Assembly: GCA_903825395.1 (NCBI GenBank)
Contig: CAIKAF010000010.1
Span: 16,700-80,699, forward strand
Source of the DNA: an uncultured Flavobacteriales bacterium
GTDB lineage: Bacteria; Bacteroidota; Bacteroidia; CAIKAF01
Length of the DNA stretch: 64,000 nt
Reading direction: 5' to 3'
Below are positions 58,593-64,000 of this stretch, piece after piece. The notes under the pieces are model-generated. The model saw only the letters and a program-made list of their open reading frames with translations, was not told the origin of the DNA and made no database searches. Every line of letters starts with the position of its first letter. Positions within the stretch are counted from its first letter, which is position 1. The position numbers were made by a program, and so were the translations under genes.

Positions 58593-60431
58593 TTAGCCCT
58601 GAACCCGCCCCGTTTCTCCCTGGGCGAATTTCAAAAATGCCTGATTTACAAAGGCGTAGCCCCCCGGCGTAGGGTAATTTCCGCTGAAGTACCAATCGCC
58701 CGTATGCTCAGGACAGGCCGAGTGCAGCCCCTGCAACGACTGAAACACCAGCTGCACTTGAGCCTGTATGCCCGCCGGACTAAGCTGTTCTGCCATTTTA
58801 TCGGCCAACTGCGCATCGCTGAACCGGGCATACAATTCTGCCACCCAGTTTTTTTCTCCGTCTGTTCTCTGCTCTCTAGCGCGTAAGATATTGGCCTCGG
58901 TTTGCTTTAATTCCGAGTTCAAACCGGCTTCGGCGAGCAAGGCCAGCAGCGCCCGAAAGGCCGCCAAGTCTTCCAGCCGAGCCATATCAATGCCATAGCA
59001 ATCGGGGTACTTGATGATGGGTGCCGAGCTGACTACCACGATGCGCCGCGGTTGCAAGCGATCCAGCATTTTCAGGATGCTTTCGCGCAGGGTGGTGCCC
59101 CGCACAATGCTGTCGTCCACCACCACCAGGGTGTCTTGGCCAGGCCGCACAGAGCCGTAGGTGATGTCGTACACGTGCTGCACCAGGTCGTCCCGGTGCC
59201 GGTCGTCGGTAATGAAGGTGCGCAATTTAGCGTCCTTCACCGCCACCTTTTCTACCCGCACCTTGCGGCGCAGCAAGGCTAAAATCTCTTCTTCCGTGGC
59301 CGGACAATGTTCCATGATCTGCCGGGCGGTTCGCGCCTCTTGCTCGGCCTCCAAGCCCTTTACCAATCCATAAAACGCCAGTTCTGCCGTGTTGGGAATA
59401 AAAGAAAATACAGCCTCTTCAAGCTGTCCATTCAGGGCCTGCAACACCGGCTCGGCCAGCTGCTCGCCCAAGGCTTTGCGTTCGGTATATACTGAGGCGT
59501 CGGTGCCCCGAGAAAAATAAATGCGCTCAAACGAACAGGCTAGGGTGGGCTGAGCCTCGAGCACCTGCACCGTTTCCGCCTGCCCCTGAGCGGAAATCAA
59601 CAGCGCACTACCGGGCTTTAGCTCTTGAATGTCTTGCACATCGGCATGAAACACAGTTTGCAGGACCGGCCGCTCAGAAGCCACCGCAATCAGTTCTTCG
59701 TTTTCGTACCAAAAGCAAGGGCGAATGCCCCGCGGGTCTCGAATGGCAAAGGCATGTCCATCGCCTGTAAAACCGCCAATGGCATAGCCTCCGTCTAGTT
59801 TTTGAAAGGTGTTGCGGAGCACCTGCCCCAAATCGGGCGGCCCCACCGGACGGCCTTGATTTTCATGTTGCCCAAGGGCGCGGTCTAAAAAATGCCCCAT
59901 GCGCTCCATCACCGTTACGGTATCGGCCGTTTGCGTAGGGTGTTGACCTAGTTCTACCAACTGCTGAAACAACTCGGCCGTATTGGTCAAATTGAAATTC
60001 CCGGCAAGGCAGAGCATTTTTTCTTTCCATGGACTGTCCCGTAAAAATGGGTGGCATGAATCAATGCCGTTCGCTCCATACGTGCCATAACGCACATGGC
60101 CCAAATAAATATCGCCTTCAAATCGGTTGGCCTGAGGTTCGCGCTGCCGCTGCTCCTCAATTTGCCGAATGACATGCAAAATGGGCTGCGCCTGCACCGA
60201 GCGCTCCCGAAGAATGGGGGGCTTGCCGGGCAAGGTATCAACCGACAGGCAGGCCAAACCGGCACCGTCTTGCCCGCGGTTGTGCATTTTTTCCAGCAAC
60301 AGGTACATGTGGCGCAAGGCCTGTCCATAGGGCAAAGAAGAGGGCTTTCCGGCTTGCCGCTTCAACCGGATTAAGGCCAATCCACATTCGTGTTTTAATG
60401 GGTCGCTCATGCATGGGGTTTCCAGGCACAA
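58593..60431 (-). CDS. purF: amidophosphoribosyltransferase (class-II glutamine amidotransferase + PRTase)
   Basis: N-terminal nucleophile context HECGLALIRL, Ntn-GATase domain, PRPP-binding VVVDDSIVRGTT. 612 aa long form. The true start is possibly the MSDPLKHEC Met at 60410. Confidence 0.8.
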   Translation of the reverse strand: MCLETPCMSDPLKHECGLALIRLKRQAGKPSSLPYGQALRHMYLLLEKMHNRGQDGAGLACLSVDTLPGKPPILRERSVQAQPILHVIRQIEEQRQREPQANRFEGDIYLGHVRYGTYGANGIDSCHPFLRDSPWKEKMLCLAGNFNLTNTAELFQQLVELGQHPTQTADTVTVMERMGHFLDRALGQHENQGRPVGPPDLGQVLRNTFQKLDGGYAIGGFTGDGHAFAIRDPRGIRPCFWYENEELIAVASERPVLQTVFHADVQDIQELKPGSALLISAQGQAETVQVLEAQPTLACSFERIYFSRGTDASVYTERKALGEQLAEPVLQALNGQLEEAVFSFIPNTAELAFYGLVKGLEAEQEARTARQIMEHCPATEEEILALLRRKVRVEKVAVKDAKLRTFITDDRHRDDLVQHVYDITYGSVRPGQDTLVVVDDSIVRGTTLRESILKMLDRLQPRRIVVVSSAPIIKYPDCYGIDMARLEDLAAFRALLALLAEAGLNSELKQTEANILRAREQRTDGEKNWVAELYARFSDAQLADKMAEQLSPAGIQAQVQLVFQSLQGLHSACPEHTGDWYFSGNYPTPGGYAFVNQAFLKFAQGETGRVQG

Positions 60432-60484
60432 AGGTAAAAACCCATGTAAGATTTAAGGCGGTTTTGGGAAATAAATTGTTGGGG

Positions 60485-60720
60485 CAGACCTACGTGTCTG
60501 CCCCAAACGAGTCGAGGCCGCCAGGCCAGACCTACGTGTCTGCCCCAAACGAGTCGGGGCCGTCAGGGCACACCTAGGTGTCTGCCCCAAACGAGTCGAG
60601 GCCGCCAGGCCAGACCTACGTGTCTGCCCCAAACATGTCGAGGCCGCCGGGGCACACCTACGTGTCTGCCCCAAACCAAACGGGTGCCGTAGGCATACAC
60701 GGATTGGAGGGGCATATAAG
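60485..60720. repeat. tandem repeat, ~4.5 copies of a 40-44-bp unit with palindromic core cagacctacgtgtctg
   Basis: Units at 60485, 60527, 60571, 60611 and 60655 (partial), e.g. cagacctacgtgtctgccccaaacgagtcgaggccgccaggc. Lies between the fabD 3' end and the purF 5' end. Confidence 0.85.
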
Positions 60721-60743
60721 GCAGGGGGCATATACGGTGGACG

Positions 60744-60767
60744 GGGCACACACGAAGGTGTGCCCCT
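60744..60767 (-). terminator. GC-rich hairpin ggggcacacacgaaggtgtgcccc overlapping the fabD stop codon; possible terminator or structural element
   Basis: Perfect 9-bp stem with a 5-nt loop. There is no clean U-tract downstream on the minus strand. Confidence 0.3.
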
Positions 60768-61641
60768 AGCCGGAAACCAAATCGGCCTCGGGGGCCACTT
60801 TGCGGATTAATCCCTGCAACACATTCCCCGGTCCGGCTTCGACAAAACGATGAATGCCATCGTTCCACATGGCCTGCACCGATTGGGTCCAGCGCACCGG
60901 ACCGGTGAGTTGTGCAATCAAATTGCTGCGAATTTCCTCCGGATCCGTTACGGCACAGGCCACCACATTCTGATAAACAGGACATCGGGGTGCCGAGAGT
61001 TCAGTACGGCGAATGGCTGCTTCCAGGCGCTGCCGCGCGGGTTCCATCAATGGCGAATGGAAGGCTCCGCCCACTTTTAGGGGCAAGGCCCTTTTGGCTC
61101 CGGCCTCTTTCAAGCGAATGCAGGCCTCTTCAATGCCTGCATGGCTGCCCGATATCACCAGCTGACCCGGACAATTGTAGTTGGCCGGCACCACCACCAG
61201 GGTCGAAATCCCTGCACAGACGGATTCTACCGATGCGTCATCCAGGCCGAGCACGGCGGCCATGGTTCCTGGCTCCGACTCGCACGCTTCCTGCATGGCC
61301 AAAGCACGTTCCTGAACCAAGGCCAGTCCGGCCTCAAAGGGAAATACTCCTGCCACTACCAGGGCCGAGAACTCGCCTAGAGAATGGCCCGCCACCGCAT
61401 CGGGACTAAATGATTGCTGCATTGCCACCGCCACCGAATGCACAAAAATGGCCGGTTGGGCATAGCGGGTTTCGGTTAAATCTTCGGCCGAGCCATCAAA
61501 CATAATGTCAGTAAGGCGAAAACCCAATATATCATTGGCCTGTTCAAACACGGCTTTTACTCGGGCGTCGCGCTCGTACAAATCTTTCCCCATTCCGGGA
61601 GTTTGGGCCCCTTGACCGGGAAATACCAAGGCTGTTTTCAT
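60766..61641 (-). CDS. fabD: malonyl-CoA:ACP transacylase
   Basis: ALVFPGQGAQTPGMGKDLY and the GHSLGEFSALVVAG active-site Ser motif. 291 aa. Confidence 0.85.
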   Translation of the reverse strand: MKTALVFPGQGAQTPGMGKDLYERDARVKAVFEQANDILGFRLTDIMFDGSAEDLTETRYAQPAIFVHSVAVAMQQSFSPDAVAGHSLGEFSALVVAGVFPFEAGLALVQERALAMQEACESEPGTMAAVLGLDDASVESVCAGISTLVVVPANYNCPGQLVISGSHAGIEEACIRLKEAGAKRALPLKVGGAFHSPLMEPARQRLEAAIRRTELSAPRCPVYQNVVACAVTDPEEIRSNLIAQLTGPVRWTQSVQAMWNDGIHRFVEAGPGNVLQGLIRKVAPEADLVSG

Positions 61642-61754
61642 GGTAAATTTTACATTAAGATTAGCGAAGATAACCCATTTGCTGCATCACACCCAAATGG
61701 ACCAATGTGGGGTTCTATGTAAAAAGGTTGTAGTTTCGTACAACACCGAAGCCC

Positions 61755-62966
61755 ATGGCAAGAACAGAACCGGCTAAGCATGCGTCCGATACCAAAGCTC
61801 CCTTGGCGCACTTTCTCATTTTGGGCGAGCCCAAGGCCTTGCGATCGGGCATGTTGGCCTTGGTGGAGGCGCTTAATCGTCAGGGCAAGCGGGTGGTATT
61901 GGCCAATCCAAATGTGGTTGAATTTCACGCCGCCATCAACGGAGGAGGAATGCTCCTCGGCGCCTCAGAACCGTATTCCCTACGCCCAAAAAAAACCTGC
62001 ATTATTCCTTGTTTGGAAAGCCTGGATGAGCAAGGATGGCAGCTGTGGATGCGCATGGAACAAGCCAAGCTGGCCTCGCTCAACGCCTCGGCTGCAGTTC
62101 GCCTTTGTTTGGATCGACCTAGCTTAAGTGCCGTTTTGCAGCAGCAGGGAATTGGTCATTCTGAGGCTCCGCTCAGCGGAGGAATTGCTCGGTTTTGGTT
62201 GTTTGCCCAGCGTCAAGGCTTGGTGCGCCGCGACCTTCTGACCTTGCATTCCCGGTGGCCCGAGGACTGGACCGACAATCAGGTCCAAGAGGCTCAGCGT
62301 CTGGCTGTTGAGGCCGCCAAGCGGTCGGGGTGCCTGTGGGCCGAAGTGCTTGTATCGCATGATCATAGCCGCTTTGCGGTATTGCATATTCAGCCTCAGC
62401 CCGGCATTTTTCCGGCCGAAGCGCCGGGGTTGGCCGGCAATCTGGCCGAGCTGTTGACGCAGCGTTTGCATGCGCCTTTGCCCAAAACCTGCATTGGCTT
62501 TCGCGAGCGCATTTTCATTGCGGGGGTAGGCGAAGTCGTAGCCAAATTTGATACGGGAAATGGCGCCACGGCTTGTTCCTTGCATGCCGACCACATCGAA
62601 GAAGTAGATGGATACTTGGAGTGGAGTTTGGGTTCGCAGCAGCATCGGCACCCGGTGGTGGGGCATTCCTTTGCCGAGGTGGGGCATTCGGTGCAGCGTC
62701 GACCGGTAATTTTACTTACCGTGCAGTTCAATGGAATGGAGTACCGCAAGGTGCGTTTTGCTTTGGTAAACCGCACCAAGAAAAGCACTCCGGTGCTGGC
62801 GAACCGGCAGTTTATGCGCAGGGCGGGGCTGTTGGTCGATCCCGCCGAAGAATTTATGGTTTCATGGCGGCCGGAGGGCTACTGTCCTAAAGATGCCAAG
62901 GGCCAGGCGCGTGCGGGCATTTTGCCGGTGCAGGCCATAGATTTGGGCGAGGGCCGCGGGCGTTAA
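61755..62966 (+). CDS. RimK-like ATP-grasp-related domain fused to a retropepsin-like (PF05618 'putative ATP-dependent zinc protease'/RimB-like) C-terminal domain
   Basis: The N-terminus (FLILGEPKALRSGMLALVEALNRQGKRVVLANP) and AQRLAVEAAKRSGCLWAEVLVSHDHSRFAVLHIQPQPG resemble RimK ends, but the ATP-binding middle is not evident. The C-terminal VVAKFDTGNGATACSL...RPVILLTVQFNG...ANRQFMRRAGLLVDP resembles the retropepsin-like fold. Confidence 0.35.
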   Translation: MARTEPAKHASDTKAPLAHFLILGEPKALRSGMLALVEALNRQGKRVVLANPNVVEFHAAINGGGMLLGASEPYSLRPKKTCIIPCLESLDEQGWQLWMRMEQAKLASLNASAAVRLCLDRPSLSAVLQQQGIGHSEAPLSGGIARFWLFAQRQGLVRRDLLTLHSRWPEDWTDNQVQEAQRLAVEAAKRSGCLWAEVLVSHDHSRFAVLHIQPQPGIFPAEAPGLAGNLAELLTQRLHAPLPKTCIGFRERIFIAGVGEVVAKFDTGNGATACSLHADHIEEVDGYLEWSLGSQQHRHPVVGHSFAEVGHSVQRRPVILLTVQFNGMEYRKVRFALVNRTKKSTPVLANRQFMRRAGLLVDPAEEFMVSWRPEGYCPKDAKGQARAGILPVQAIDLGEGRGR

Positions 62967-62990
62967 GTTGAGGAATCTGGTTTTTTTAAT

Positions 62991-63137
62991 GGGGGCGGCT
63001 ACGGGCTTTCACCGGTAGTCCGCGGTGGCCGGAAGGCTGGCCCAGCGGGCTTGCGTGGGCTCCCAAGGTCGCCTCCGCGCCGCGCGGGCCAGGCTCCGGC
63101 CCCTGGCGGGCTACCCGGTTCAATCCCTGCCGCTGGC
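62991..63137 (+). repeat. GC-rich dispersed element, copy F
   Basis: gggggcggctacgggctttcaccggtagtccgcggtggccggaaggctggcccagcgggcttgcgtgggctcccaaggtcgcctccgcgccgcgcgggccaggctccggcccctggcgggctacccggttcaatccctgccgctggcc. Confidence 0.8.
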
Positions 63138-63270
63138 CAAGAAAATATTAAAGCAATACTAGAGCAGATGGCTCAACAACGTTTCCACCTCAAATATAAT
63201 TTCAAAGGCTGAAATTCCAAACTTTAGGTTGATTTTTTTGTTTCCTGGCCTTTAAAATGGATTCGGGTCG

Positions 63271-63414
63271 CCCGCGGCAGGGATTGAGCCGGGTTGCCCG
63301 CAAGGGGGGCCTGGCGCTGCCCGCGTGGCGCGGAGGCGACCTTGGGAGCCACCGCAAGCCCGCTGGGCAGCCCAGTGCCCACCGCGGACAACCGGTGAAA
63401 GCCCGCAGCCGCCC
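63271..63414 (-). repeat. GC-rich dispersed element, copy G (reverse orientation; forms an inverted pair with copy F across a 133-bp AT-rich spacer)
   Basis: cccgcggcagggattgagccgggttgcccgcaagggggg...gcggaggcgaccttgggagccaccgcaagcccgctgggcagccc...ggtgaaagcccgcagccgccc. Confidence 0.8.
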
Positions 63415-63460
63415 AATTCCTCACCCTATTTATTCTGTTTTTTGCTGCGGCCTACTCGCT

Positions 63461-64000
63461 TCAGCGCGCCGCGGCCGAGGGCAGCGCCAGGGCCGGAAGC
63501 CGCAACTGCTCAAGCTCGCGTAAGATTCGAGGCAGTAAGCGGAGGTTGCGCCGCCCCGCTTCGCCCCAATCGTGCAAGGCCAATATTGCGCCCGGACGCA
63601 AGGCCGATAGCGCGCGCCGTTCCAATTCGTTGTCGCTGATCTTCAGGTTGAAATCGCCGGGCATGTGCGACCAAAATACGACCTGCTGCTGCGCTTGGAT
63701 GGCCCGGCACTGCGCCGGCCACAACCTGCCGTAGGGCGGGCGGTACAAGCCGCTGCGCACGGCCTGCGGCGGCCGCGCGTTTTCAACGTATTCTTTCCGG
63801 CCCCGGCGCCAACCGTTCCAATGCCGATGCCCATGAAAACCAATCTGATGCCCCAGCTCGCCCACGCGTTGAATCAACTGCGGGTGCTGAAGAATTTTTT
63901 CGCCCAGCCAAAAGAAACTGAGGGCCGCGTTCTGCTCGGCCGCAATCCGCGCCAAGGCCAAACTGTACTGAGGGTCGGGGCCGTCGTCATAGCTCAGGTA
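63461..64000 (-). CDS. polysaccharide deacetylase (NodB-homology) family protein, N-terminus beyond window
   Basis: GHQIGFHGHRHW His-His motif and ILALHDWGE. The ORF is open to the window edge (no TFDDGP block is visible, so the N-terminus is outside the window). Confidence 0.45.
   Translation of the reverse strand, partial: YLSYDDGPDPQYSLALARIAAEQNAALSFFWLGEKILQHPQLIQRVGELGHQIGFHGHRHWNGWRRGRKEYVENARPPQAVRSGLYRPPYGRLWPAQCRAIQAQQQVVFWSHMPGDFNLKISDNELERRALSALRPGAILALHDWGEAGRRNLRLLPRILRELEQLRLPALALPSAAAR

Noticed and set aside
62991-63137. tRNA-like T-arm motif 'ccggttcaatccctgccgc' in the GC-rich elements
   Set aside because: No acceptor, D or anticodon arm can be drawn around it, and the length and context do not fit a tRNA or tmRNA. 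It is probably coincidental or a tRNA-derived fragment at most.
11261-63639. Short ORFs lying inside the GC-rich element copies (for example 11261-11443, 11280-11549, 39807-40010, 39827-40021, 44292-44549, 56764-56967, 56844-57083, 58342-58695, 63224-63424, 63325-63639)
   Set aside because: They occur in both orientations across the same repeat and encode low-complexity Pro/Arg/Gly/Ala peptides typical of GC-rich non-coding DNA. The repeat is better explained as a non-coding element.

Overview
Roughly 50% GC chromosomal window that looks like Bacteroidetes: several T9SS-type C-terminal sorting domains, CarbopepD_reg/plug TonB-dependent receptors, lpxK, and a split MetH. No rRNA, tRNA or CRISPR was found. 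I called about 45 protein-coding genes.

The housekeeping genes are mpl, menD, the metH core with a separately encoded Hcy-binding domain, purD, purF, fabD and a pccB-like carboxyltransferase.

One block is a complete reductive pyrimidine-catabolism cluster: NCS1 permease, dihydropyrimidinase, a beta-ureidopropionase-like CN hydrolase, preT/preA, a class-III aminotransferase and a malonate/methylmalonate-semialdehyde dehydrogenase.

The envelope and secretion genes are a C39-like ABC / HlyD / TolC exporter, TonB-dependent receptors, T9SS cargo proteins (an endonuclease I and a di-haem cytochrome c peroxidase), and a GT25 plus MsbA-like pair.

The accessory content is:
- a vapBC-like toxin-antitoxin pair;
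- an AT-rich islet with an IS3-family transposase remnant and an orphan OmpA/MotB-like gene;
- a paralogous family of secreted proteins with glycine-rich tails.

The most unusual content is in the non-coding DNA:
- A GC-rich ~150-bp dispersed element occurs in at least 7 intact and 2 degenerate copies in both orientations. Three copies form inverted pairs that bracket gene cassettes, and one compensatory base-pair change suggests a conserved helix.
- A second ~150-bp repeat family ('...gcgccctttgcggtaaaaa') has 6 copies. It sits at gene 3' ends and flanks the toxin-antitoxin cassette.
- There are two different tandem arrays of palindrome-containing units, at 4421-4704 and 60485-60720.
- Several perfect inverted repeats and homopolymer tracts (C9A9 and A9) may be regulatory or phase-variable.

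All protein calls rest on motif and domain recognition by eye. No database search was possible.
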